Source: Pseudomonadales bacterium
GTDB taxonomy: Bacteria; Pseudomonadota; Gammaproteobacteria; Pseudomonadales; IMCC2047
Direction: 5' to 3'
NCBI GenBank assembly: GCA_024234615.1
Contig: JACKNY010000001.1
Coordinates: 1,176,012-1,240,011, forward strand
DNA length: 64,000 bases
Shown piece by piece: positions 54,855-63,895 of the stretch. Under the pieces are notes generated by a model. That model was not told where the DNA came from. It saw nothing but the letters and a program-made list of their open reading frames with translations, and did no database searches. The position numbers were made by a program, and so were the translations under genes. The first letter of the stretch is position 1. The number at the start of each line of letters is the position of its first letter.

Positions 54855-55934
54855 TCACACTACGTCCATTACCCGCTCGGTGCGTTCGCACATACAGGTC
54901 AGTAGCGCCATACGCAAAAAGACGGCCCCGCGTGCTTGCGAGAAATACCAGTTATGCGGCGTTTCATCCAGGTCGGTAGCTAGTTCTTCGCCGCGTGCGA
55001 GAGGGTGCATTATGATCGCGTCGGCTTTTAATGGGCTCGACTTGCTGAGCACAAAGCGCCTGCCGAAGGATTCAAAACTTTCCCCCACCCAGGCGATTGC
55101 ATTGATGTATATGACGTCAAGTCGCGGCAACAGGCCGTTCAAGTCACTACTAACCTGTACCTGAAGACCTGCTTTTTCCAATTGCTCCCGCTGTCCCTCA
55201 TCGAAAATGGTATCAATGCCGGTATCATGGAAAATGATGATTTCATCGATAATTTCTGGAAATATGGCGAGCATTTTTAATAAGCTGCGCACAGTCCGCA
55301 TTTTATTGGGTAGCCCGACAATGCCGATTTTAATAGGCTGATGCAGTTCAGAGTCCTTGTTCAGGAGTTGAGGGTGCCATTTGAAAATGGTGTAGAGATC
55401 CGCCAGCGCCTGAGTTGGATGCTCATCCAATCCATTACCCGCATTGATAATCGGAATGCGTAGTGTCTGCATCATTTCCTTGACGGCGCTTTCGCCGCTA
55501 TCGCGAAGCACTACACAGTCGCCATAATTATTGAACATCTCTCCGACATCCGTCAGTGACTCTCCTTTGGCGATGCCCGTTGTCGAGCGATCAGTAATCG
55601 ACATGATGTCTCCGCCCAGACGATGCCAGGCGCTTTCGAAGGAAAGGCGTGTCCGTGTGCTGGGCTCGTAAAAAGCGCTGATCAGTATCTTCCCCTGTAG
55701 CGGCGTGCTATAGCGGTCAGGGTTGCTTTCGTACTTGGCCGCGAGCCGGAATAGCTGGAGCAGTGTCTGGCGATCAAACTGATCGGAAGAAACAATGTGT
55801 TGTGACGCTAATTTTTTCAGGTGATCGCCGTCCTCCTGTACCTCTCTTAATAGCGCTTTGGGATGCGCATCGCCATAGACATCTGGCGCTTCACGTTTGA
55901 ACGCCACCGCCTCTTCACCAATTTTCGTTACCAT
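54855..55934 (-). CDS. PyrB-like transcarbamoylase of unknown second-substrate specificity (359 aa)
   Basis: Carbamoyl-phosphate motifs are conserved (EPSTRTRLSFE, NAGNGLDEHPTQALADL, MHPLARGEELATDLDETPHNWYFSQA). The position of the PyrB TRVQKER aspartate-binding motif reads NAIAWVGES. The protein also has an N-terminal extension of about 37 aa. Confidence 0.75.
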   Translation of the reverse strand: MVTKIGEEAVAFKREAPDVYGDAHPKALLREVQEDGDHLKKLASQHIVSSDQFDRQTLLQLFRLAAKYESNPDRYSTPLQGKILISAFYEPSTRTRLSFESAWHRLGGDIMSITDRSTTGIAKGESLTDVGEMFNNYGDCVVLRDSGESAVKEMMQTLRIPIINAGNGLDEHPTQALADLYTIFKWHPQLLNKDSELHQPIKIGIVGLPNKMRTVRSLLKMLAIFPEIIDEIIIFHDTGIDTIFDEGQREQLEKAGLQVQVSSDLNGLLPRLDVIYINAIAWVGESFESFGRRFVLSKSSPLKADAIIMHPLARGEELATDLDETPHNWYFSQARGAVFLRMALLTCMCERTERVMDVV

Positions 55935-56047
55935 AAATCACCTTTTTTCCAGTCCCTGATCAACAGGCCAATTAAAATCAATGGAGACAGACAGGTCACC
56001 AGTAACGCACCGCTAATTAACAACTCAAATAGCGTTAGGCTGATCAT
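55928..56047 (-). CDS. Unannotated 39-aa single-TM micro-protein
   Basis: MISLTLFELLISGALLVTCLSPLILIGLLIRDWKKGDLW*. Its ATG shares one base with the SSS stop (TGATG), and its stop overlaps the transcarbamoylase start (ATGGTAA). GGAGGAG lies upstream. I verified it base by base. Confidence 0.6.
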   Translation of the reverse strand: MISLTLFELLISGALLVTCLSPLILIGLLIRDWKKGDLW

Positions 56048-57474
56048 CAAAGCTCCTCCTTTGCGTTTTGTAATCGCGCCCAATCAAATTGAGCGTCCTG
56101 TAACCACAAGCCGATGACGCATATCAGCAGGGATATCAGGCAGGAAGTTAACGCCGCCACGTAAAAGCCAATCTGAAAATAACCGAATAAGCCGCTGAGT
56201 GTACCCAACCCCATTGCCAGTGCCGCGAAAGCGCCCGTTAAGCGGCGGCGATACAAGCCAAAAACAATGGGCCAAATAGTGCTGGCAACAAAAGCTCCGG
56301 TAAAATTGAGCAATTCACCCAAGGTTGTCAGACGTGGCAAGCAAAGCACCCAGGTTGTCAGACCGAGCCCCAGCACCACCAGTTTGCTCACTTTGAATAA
56401 GTGCTGTTTGTCAGAGGCTGGACGCAACAAGCCACGGTAGATATCTTCGGTCAGCAGGTCGCCGGTGGCGGCAAGGAGCGAGTCGAGACTGGACGCTAAC
56501 GCTGAAAAGACTACGATAAACACAAATACGGCGCCGATTTCACCCAATAATTTAGCTGCTACCAGGGGGCCAATCATATCCGGACTTGGCGGATAAACAT
56601 TTAAAGAGGAACTGGCAAGGGCAATAAAGCCGGTAACAATCGGAATCGGCAGCCAGAGCAATCCGGCCAGCAGATAAGCGCGTTTGCCGAGCCCTTTCCG
56701 AAAGGCAAAAGCCCGAGACCACCAGACATTGGAATGAAAAATTTCACCGATGCCGAAAAAAATATTATTGAACAAAAACATAATCGCTGCCGGGAAAAGC
56801 AGGTTTAACAACTGAGGTTGTTCTGTTGAGACATTTTGGTAAATCGTTGTCAGGCCGACATCGCGCCAACAAACATAGCCGATAAAGAGGACGCCAAAGA
56901 GAATAATCAAGGTCTGAATGTAGTCTGTTGCAATAACTGCACGCAACCCACCGAGTAATGTGTAGGAAACACAGATCACTAAAATGGCCGTCATGCCGAG
57001 GTGATAATCTAGTCCGCTCAAGGCTTCTAACAGAATGCCTCCGGCCATACCGAGGCTGACCAGCCAACCCATGGCGTAGAAAAAGGAAACTACCAGGAAA
57101 ACATACCAGGCCGTTCTGCCGAAACGCAGGCGGATAAAATCACCACAGGTGTATCCGCTGGGCATTAGTGCTTTGATGCGTTGCGCCATGGGTGCAAAGA
57201 AAATAAGTCCGAGCGCGGCCATGGAATAACCAACCATGCCCCATATGCCAAACTGGTAAGTCAACTGGGGAGCCACAAGGGTCGTGTTGCTGGTAATCCA
57301 GGTTGCCATGGCCGTGGCCGAGGCGAGGGCCAGCCCGACGTTACGCCCTGCCAGCATATAGTCTTCAAGGGTTTTATTACGACGCCCGAGCCACCAGCCA
57401 AAAGCAATCCAGCCCGCGCCAAAAAGAAGTAAAATAATAAGCGCGGTCTGTGTCGGTATCTGAGAGTCAATCAT
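56047..57474 (-). CDS. Sodium:solute symporter (SSS) family transporter, substrate unknown
   Basis: About 13 TM segments. N-terminal region: LGRRNKTLEDYMLAGRNVGLALASATAMATW, GLRAVIATDYIQ. Confidence 0.85.
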   Translation of the reverse strand: MIDSQIPTQTALIILLLFGAGWIAFGWWLGRRNKTLEDYMLAGRNVGLALASATAMATWITSNTTLVAPQLTYQFGIWGMVGYSMAALGLIFFAPMAQRIKALMPSGYTCGDFIRLRFGRTAWYVFLVVSFFYAMGWLVSLGMAGGILLEALSGLDYHLGMTAILVICVSYTLLGGLRAVIATDYIQTLIILFGVLFIGYVCWRDVGLTTIYQNVSTEQPQLLNLLFPAAIMFLFNNIFFGIGEIFHSNVWWSRAFAFRKGLGKRAYLLAGLLWLPIPIVTGFIALASSSLNVYPPSPDMIGPLVAAKLLGEIGAVFVFIVVFSALASSLDSLLAATGDLLTEDIYRGLLRPASDKQHLFKVSKLVVLGLGLTTWVLCLPRLTTLGELLNFTGAFVASTIWPIVFGLYRRRLTGAFAALAMGLGTLSGLFGYFQIGFYVAALTSCLISLLICVIGLWLQDAQFDWARLQNAKEEL

Positions 57475-57953
57475 GGTCTTTGTGCATGTTTACGGGTAAA
57501 TTGCAGAAGACAAGCCAGTAATAAAATAAAGAGTAGCAGGCCGATACCGAATAACAGGAATGCGTTTTTCAGGCTGTGGTGTTGCACACGAAATTGGATG
57601 ATGGCGGAGAGCGGTTGTCGTTGTTCCCCCACTAGGCGCGCATAGTAGAGACCATTTTCAAAGCCACTTAGGTGTACCTTGTTTTGTTGCGGTAGCCGCA
57701 ATTCTCGTAGGCGATGGGTAAACGCCGCATCCCTTGAAATTTGTAGGCTCGCCGGGGTTGCGTTGTTCTGCGTATCCTGCTGTACATCCCAATACAACGT
57801 AACAAACCCCTCTTTCGAAAGTTCGGTGTTAACGGTGAGGGAGGAAGGCATTATCGCAGCAACAAGAATTGCGGGAAAGGCGGTTAATATTAACAGTAAT
57901 ATCCGTAAATCTGTGAGCATGGAAACGGGCAAATCAGCTGGATTAGGAGGCAC
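57471..57953 (-). CDS. Bitopic (N- and C-terminal TM) small protein with a ~100-aa extracytoplasmic domain, coupled to the SSS gene
   Basis: TM1 is LRILLLILTAFPAILVAAI and TM2 is AFLLFGIGLLLFILLLACLL. Its stop overlaps the SSS start (ATGA). Confidence 0.6.
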   Translation of the reverse strand: MPPNPADLPVSMLTDLRILLLILTAFPAILVAAIMPSSLTVNTELSKEGFVTLYWDVQQDTQNNATPASLQISRDAAFTHRLRELRLPQQNKVHLSGFENGLYYARLVGEQRQPLSAIIQFRVQHHSLKNAFLLFGIGLLLFILLLACLLQFTRKHAQRP

Positions 57954-58074
57954 CGTAACAAATGTGAGCAGTCAAATCAAATGACCCAATCGACTAAAAA
58001 ATCCCGACGCAATGGCGGCAGAATTTTTTCCGAGCCAGTAATCTAGCGTTTTGATAGGGTGGAACGGGAGACTG

Positions 58075-58848
58075 CTATCGCGATCTCAAGGCTACGCCAA
58101 AAGCCTTGAACAAGGCACGTGAAAAAGGATTTTCTTGAAAACGCCATTCAGGGTGCCACTGCACGCCAACGACAAAATGATCCACACTTTCCAGGCGGAA
58201 GGCTTCGACCAAACCATCAGGGGCATAAGCTTCAACAAGCAAACCCTTACCCAGTCGATTCATGCCTTGGCCATGCAAAGAGTTAACGCGGATGGATTCG
58301 GTATTGGCCAAATTCGCTAATATACCGCCGGGCGCCAATTGCACTTCATGAGTATCTGAGTACTGTGCTTCCCTCGATAGGCTTTTATCCTCACGATGAT
58401 CCATCATCCCTGGAATTTCATGCACGCGTTGATGTAGCGTTCCCCCCAGCGCCACATTGAGTTCCTGCATACCCCGGCAAACGGCAAGTATCGGCATCTT
58501 CCGTGCTAATGCGGCTTTAATCAGCGGTAGCGTGGTGTTATCACGTTGCGGGTCGTGTGCCTCAGGCGTAAGACTTTGTTCTTTGCTGTATAGGTGTGGT
58601 TGCACGTTGGATGGACTGCCGGGGAAAAAGAGTCCGTCAAGCGTATCGAGTAGCCGTTCCATGCTTGAATCATCATTGCGAATCTGCAAGTCGTCACCGG
58701 GACCCCGTGCAGGAATTAACAAAGGGCAGGCATCCGCGCCGTTGGCGACGGCATTGATATATTTTTCCCCCACTCCGTGAAAGGGATGCATGCCATTGCG
58801 GATGACGTCGCAGGGAATGCCAACGATAGGGTAACGACTTGAACGCAT
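58075..58848 (-). CDS. Gamma-glutamyl-gamma-aminobutyrate hydrolase (class-I GATase-like peptidase C26; PuuD/PauD-like)
   Basis: PILAVCRGMQELNV carries the Cys nucleophile, and VGVQWHPEW the His. The start at MRSSRYPIVGIP (58848) is preferred over 58866. Confidence 0.85.
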   Translation of the reverse strand: MRSSRYPIVGIPCDVIRNGMHPFHGVGEKYINAVANGADACPLLIPARGPGDDLQIRNDDSSMERLLDTLDGLFFPGSPSNVQPHLYSKEQSLTPEAHDPQRDNTTLPLIKAALARKMPILAVCRGMQELNVALGGTLHQRVHEIPGMMDHREDKSLSREAQYSDTHEVQLAPGGILANLANTESIRVNSLHGQGMNRLGKGLLVEAYAPDGLVEAFRLESVDHFVVGVQWHPEWRFQENPFSRALFKAFGVALRSR

Positions 58849-59009
58849 AAAAACTCCTGAAACCACCCCTTTTGGGTTAAGTTAATTCTAAATGAATTGT
58901 GCCAATATATTTAACACTAATTTGACACCCTTACCCCATACCTCTTAGGTGTAGGGTTTGTCGGCACGATTTAAAGCCTGATTTAAAGTAACAAGATAGG
59001 AATACCTAC

Positions 59010-60377
59010 ATGAATGCCCAAAACCAAACACTGGAATTACAGGCGCTGGACAAGGCGCACCATCTACATCCGTTTACGGATATTAAAAAGTATCAACAGA
59101 CGGGTGGACGGATTATTTCTCGTGCGGAGCATATCTACATCTACGATACCGACGGTAACCAGATTCTGGATGGTATGTCTGGGCTCTGGTGCTGCAACTT
59201 GGGATATAGTCAGACCAAAATCTTTGACGCGATTAATGAACAGTTGCATAAACTGCCTTTCTACAACAACTTCTTTAACTGTTCGAATGAGCCTTCGGTG
59301 ACGATGGCAAAGGCCTTGGTGGATGTTACCCCATCCCAATTTAATCATGTGTTTTTTACCAACTCTGGATCAGAGGCCAATGACACCAATATCAAACTGG
59401 TGCATCGCTACTTTGACTTGCTTGGCAAGCCCGAAAAGAAACACTTTATTGGCCGTATCAATGGCTACCACGGCAGTACTATCGCTTCTTCCAGCCTCGG
59501 TGGTATGGACTTTATGCATAAGCAGTACACGGGACTCGATTACGTCCATCATATTGGGCAGCCGCATTGGTTTAAAGAAGGCGGCGAATTAAGTCGAGAT
59601 GAGTTTGGTCTTAAGGTGGCGCGTGAATTAGAACAGAAAATCGATGAAATTGGTGAGCATAAAATTGCCGCTTTTATTGCGGAGCCGATTCAGGGTTCGG
59701 GCGGGGTTATCGTGCCGCCGAAAACCTATTGGCCGGAAATCCAACGAATCTGTAACGAGCGCGAAATTTTGTTAATCAGCGATGAAGTGATTTGTGGCTT
59801 TGGCCGCACAGGAAACTGGTTTGGTTGCGAGACCTACGGTATTAAGCCCGATTTGTTGACCTTCGCGAAAGGTGTTTCTAACGGCTATCAGCCCTTGGGT
59901 GGAGTTATGGTGTCGGATAAGATTGCCGATGTGTTAAGTACCGGCAGCGGCGATTTCGCGCATGGCCTGACCTATTCCGGTCATCCGGTGGCCTGCGCAG
60001 CGGGCATTGCTACCATCAATATTCTCAGAGAAGAAAAGATTATTGAAAAGGTGGTTGCTGATATCGCGCCATATTTAGAGCGGCGCTGGAAAGAACTGGC
60101 GGATCATCCGCTTGTAGGAGAGGCGCGTGTAAAAGGCATGGTTGCCGCGTTAGAGTTGGTTAGCGACAAATCTTCGCGGGAAAAGTTGGCGCTAAACGGT
60201 GAGGGTGCGCTGTTCTGTCGCGATACTGCCATAGCCAACGGATTGATGGTGAGAGCCGTAGGCGATGCAATTATTTCTGCGCCGCCCGTTATCTGTAGCA
60301 AACAGGAAATTGATACCTTGATTGAACGATTGCTTTTTGCCTTGGATGCGACTGCGGCGCATTACAATATTCGTTAG
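59010..60377 (+). CDS. spuC: Class-III (omega) aminotransferase, putrescine/polyamine--pyruvate aminotransferase-like
   Basis: FTNSGSEANDT, AAFIAEPIQGSGGVIVPP, LISDEVICGFGRTG and TFAKGVSNGY (PLP Lys). Confidence 0.8.
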   Translation: MNAQNQTLELQALDKAHHLHPFTDIKKYQQTGGRIISRAEHIYIYDTDGNQILDGMSGLWCCNLGYSQTKIFDAINEQLHKLPFYNNFFNCSNEPSVTMAKALVDVTPSQFNHVFFTNSGSEANDTNIKLVHRYFDLLGKPEKKHFIGRINGYHGSTIASSSLGGMDFMHKQYTGLDYVHHIGQPHWFKEGGELSRDEFGLKVARELEQKIDEIGEHKIAAFIAEPIQGSGGVIVPPKTYWPEIQRICNEREILLISDEVICGFGRTGNWFGCETYGIKPDLLTFAKGVSNGYQPLGGVMVSDKIADVLSTGSGDFAHGLTYSGHPVACAAGIATINILREEKIIEKVVADIAPYLERRWKELADHPLVGEARVKGMVAALELVSDKSSREKLALNGEGALFCRDTAIANGLMVRAVGDAIISAPPVICSKQEIDTLIERLLFALDATAAHYNIR

Positions 60378-60443
60378 CCGCTAGGTTTACACCCCTTTGC
60401 GGGGCACCAAAAAAGCCGATAAAAATAATCTTGGGAGCGGATA

Positions 60444-61820
60444 ATGACGGCAACAGTGAACCATATTAAAACCCTCGGCCAAAAGGATATGGTGCTTTTT
60501 ACCGTATCCGCTATCCTCTTACTGGACACCTTGACCGCAGCCGCTTCGGTTGGTTCTTCGAGTATTTTTTGGTGGTTGTTTTTAGGCTTGATCTTCTTTG
60601 TGCCATTTGCGCTGATCTCTGCGGAAATGGGCTGTACCTACCCGGAACAGGGTGGAATTTACGCCTGGATTCGTGATGCATTTGGCGGGCGATGGGCGTC
60701 AAGAGCCACCTGGAGCTATTGGGTGAATACAGCTGTATGGATTCCCGCCATCTATATTTTATTTGCCGGTATTTTCAAGCAATTATTCTTTCCAGAGCTT
60801 TCGCTGGTTTGGCAAATTGGTATTGGTATTGGCCTGACTTGGTTTGCCGTATTCGTTAATATCATTACTCTGGATGTTGGCAAGTGGGTGCCCAATATCG
60901 GGGCAATATTTAAAGTGGTGGTATTTCTCGCCATTATCGTAGGTGCTTTCATTTATACCCAGAGTCATGGTATGGCCAACGAATTAACCTTGGCTTCCCT
61001 GAAGCCCAGTTGGAATTCCAGCTTGCAGTATATTCCGGCGATCATATACGGCATGCTAGGCTTTGAACTGGTCAGTTCAGGTAGCGCAGAAATGAAAAAT
61101 CCAGCACGCGATGTACCCCGTGCGATTTTTATTTCAGGGCTGATGATTATCGTGCTTTATACCTTAGCTACTATTGCGGTGCTGGCAGCTATCCCAGCCA
61201 GAGAAATTAACCTGGTAGAAGGGTTGATGGACACCCTTTATCTATTCTTTGGCACAACGGAAACAGGGCGGGTATTTGCCTTGGCGTTAGGCGTTGCTGC
61301 ACTCTATACTTTTTTTTCAAACGGCGTTACCTGGGCCTTGGGTTGTAATCGGGCGGCAGCGGAAGCGGCAATGGAAGGTGAGTTGCCTGCCTTCTTCGCC
61401 ATCGAAAGTAAAAGCCGTGGGACACCGCTTGGCGCGGCTGTGGCTATGGGTACGGTCAGCACCTTGCTATTAATTATGTATGGTTTTATGGCGGGTTCGA
61501 ACGAAGATCTGTTCTGGTCGCTGTTTGCGTTTAGCGCCGTCATTTTTTTATTACCCTATATCGGTATGATGCTGGCATTCATCAAAATGCGTATCACTGA
61601 TCCGCGTCGTGCTCGACCCTTCGCCATCCCTGGGAACCTATTTGTCGCCCGTGTGCTTGCCTGTAGCTGCATTTCGGTTTTGCTGCTAACCATAATGCTT
61701 TTTGTTTATACACCCGGCGAGGGCATCCAGTGGCCGGTGCTGTTAGGTGCTGTTAGTATGATTATGTTAGGCGAAATAGTCATTCGCTGTTCAGAGCAAG
61801 ATAAGTTCCGTAGTCATTAA
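60444..61820 (+). CDS. APC-superfamily amino acid/polyamine permease
   Basis: About 12 TM segments. N-terminal region includes ISAEMGCTYPEQGGIYAWIRDAFG. Confidence 0.8.
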   Translation: MTATVNHIKTLGQKDMVLFTVSAILLLDTLTAAASVGSSSIFWWLFLGLIFFVPFALISAEMGCTYPEQGGIYAWIRDAFGGRWASRATWSYWVNTAVWIPAIYILFAGIFKQLFFPELSLVWQIGIGIGLTWFAVFVNIITLDVGKWVPNIGAIFKVVVFLAIIVGAFIYTQSHGMANELTLASLKPSWNSSLQYIPAIIYGMLGFELVSSGSAEMKNPARDVPRAIFISGLMIIVLYTLATIAVLAAIPAREINLVEGLMDTLYLFFGTTETGRVFALALGVAALYTFFSNGVTWALGCNRAAAEAAMEGELPAFFAIESKSRGTPLGAAVAMGTVSTLLLIMYGFMAGSNEDLFWSLFAFSAVIFLLPYIGMMLAFIKMRITDPRRARPFAIPGNLFVARVLACSCISVLLLTIMLFVYTPGEGIQWPVLLGAVSMIMLGEIVIRCSEQDKFRSH

Positions 61821-61980
61821 CCTATTTCGCGGTTCAATTGGTTTCTTCATTATTTCCTATGGAATTAATCAGAGTTTCCCCTAAGCAATAAACATATATC
61901 GCTCAAAAAATTATTACTGCATTCTGTACGCTAACGGGAATAGTATTGTAAATTGCGTAGCCATTCTTACTGAGGTGAAA

Positions 61981-63873
61981 ATGCAAGAACACAAACTAGA
62001 ACCACCAGCCAAGTTCGGCGCGTTTCTGGGGATGGCCCCGGGCGAGGTGCCGGTTTATTCATCCGATTATGAAACCGCAGATGACGAACAATTACCTGAT
62101 CGCCATGCCTATCGAAGCTACGTCGACGGCATTTATATGGGCTACAAGTGGCAATGTGTTGAGTTTGCGCGACGCTGGATGTATCTGAACAAAGGTTACA
62201 TTTTCGATGATGTGGCGATGGCTTATGATATTTTTCGCCTTGGTTCGGTGCGGGTCGCCCATGAGAACAAAAGGTTACCTCTACATGCCTTTCGCAATGG
62301 CTCGAAACGTCATCCCGAGCCGGGCTGTCTGCTGATCTGGGATGAAGGTGGGGAGTTTGAAGACACCGGACATGTCGCGGTGGTGACGGAAGTGACTGAG
62401 CACTACACACGCTTCGCGGAACAGAATGTGGGGCATAGGATTTGGCCGGCAGGTCGAAACTATGCGCGCGAAATTAAAGCGAAGGTGACGGAATCCGGCG
62501 AATATTGGTTGGAGTGTTCCTTTGGCGATGCCAGTATTCGCGGCTGGGTTATTCAGACCGACGACGATCGTTACGCAGAAAAATTCCCGGCATTGGATAA
62601 ACGTCTTCTTAACGTGCAGATGCGGGAGGTTCCGAATCACGGTCAGGCTGAGCGTTCCTGGTTGAACATTGCAAATCCCGATGAAGCGGCCTATGTGGAA
62701 TTGATGCAGGGGCACAGGATGACAGCTGTTGAGGTGGACCAATACAAATACTTTTGCATCTCAGAAACGGCCAACGCAGAACTCAAGCGTGCCACTAATG
62801 AATTGCATCAGCTGTTTATGCACGCCACGGACTACGTTTTGCGCGATCCTGAATTGCTGGAAAATTTTAACATCCCTCGCGCATTGTGGGGGAAAATCCG
62901 GCAATCTTGGAATAACCGGCGTAATCAGATGATCACCGGTCGTTTTGACTTTTCTCTTTCTGAGCGCGGGCTCAAGGTCTATGAATATAACTGTGACTCC
63001 GCTTCGTGCCATATTGAATGCGGCAAAATTCAGGGTAAGTGGGCCAAGCATTTTGGCTGTACCCTGGGCCGTGATCCGGGTCAGGCGTTGCACGCAGAGT
63101 TACGCGATGCCTGGCAGGCCAGCGGTGTGAAGACGGATGTTCTCCACATTATGCAAGATCGCGACCTTGAGGAAACCTATCATGCTCTATTTATGCAGGA
63201 AGCGATGGAGGAGGCGGGGATCCGCAGTAAGATCATTCATGGCGTGACGGGCCTGAGTTGGGATGAGGCGGGTAATATTCTGGATGCCGATGGCGATAGA
63301 ATCCGCTGGGTTTGGAAAACCTGGGCCTGGGAAACGGCATTGGATCAGATTCGTGCCGAATGCGAAGATGATGAAGAAAAACTCAATAATTACCCAGCGG
63401 GCGAACAACATGCCGGAGCGCCGAGGTTAGTTGATGTTCTGTTACGTAAAGACGTCATGGTGTTCGAACCCCTGTGGACTTTAATTCCCAGCAATAAGGC
63501 TATCCTGCCGGTACTTTGGACGCTGTTTCCAAACCATGATTACCTGTTGAATTCTTCCTTCCAGCTCTCGGAGGATTTGCAGGCGCAAGGTTATGTCGCC
63601 AAGCCCATTGCTGGCCGTGCGGGTCTGAATATCAGTATTTTCGATAAGAATCACCGATTGTTGGAAGGCACCGAGGGACGCTTTGAAAGCCAAAATATGA
63701 TTTTCCAGGAATTTTTCAAACTCCCCATGATCGAGGGTTACAACGTGCAGCTCAGTACTTTTACGGCAGCGGGCACTTATGCGGGGAGTGGCGTACGGGT
63801 CGACCCCTCGTTGGTGATTAAACTCAATAGTGACACCATGCCGCTACGGGTGTTGCCGGATGCCGAGATGTAA
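61981..63873 (+). CDS. gsp: Bifunctional glutathionylspermidine synthetase/amidase
   Basis: N-terminal CHAP amidase YKWQCVEFARRWMY (catalytic Cys). C-terminal ATP-grasp-like synthetase (GRFDFSLSERGLKVYEYNCDSASC). GAGGTG precedes ATG 61981. Confidence 0.85.
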   Translation: MQEHKLEPPAKFGAFLGMAPGEVPVYSSDYETADDEQLPDRHAYRSYVDGIYMGYKWQCVEFARRWMYLNKGYIFDDVAMAYDIFRLGSVRVAHENKRLPLHAFRNGSKRHPEPGCLLIWDEGGEFEDTGHVAVVTEVTEHYTRFAEQNVGHRIWPAGRNYAREIKAKVTESGEYWLECSFGDASIRGWVIQTDDDRYAEKFPALDKRLLNVQMREVPNHGQAERSWLNIANPDEAAYVELMQGHRMTAVEVDQYKYFCISETANAELKRATNELHQLFMHATDYVLRDPELLENFNIPRALWGKIRQSWNNRRNQMITGRFDFSLSERGLKVYEYNCDSASCHIECGKIQGKWAKHFGCTLGRDPGQALHAELRDAWQASGVKTDVLHIMQDRDLEETYHALFMQEAMEEAGIRSKIIHGVTGLSWDEAGNILDADGDRIRWVWKTWAWETALDQIRAECEDDEEKLNNYPAGEQHAGAPRLVDVLLRKDVMVFEPLWTLIPSNKAILPVLWTLFPNHDYLLNSSFQLSEDLQAQGYVAKPIAGRAGLNISIFDKNHRLLEGTEGRFESQNMIFQEFFKLPMIEGYNVQLSTFTAAGTYAGSGVRVDPSLVIKLNSDTMPLRVLPDAEM

Positions 63874-63895
63874 CAGACAAAAATAGCAACCATGC

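Noticed and set aside
61967-62410. 147-aa minus-strand ORF at the start of gsp
   Set aside because: It is antisense to the CHAP amidase domain of Gsp, and its Arg/His/Pro/Ser-rich composition is not protein-like.
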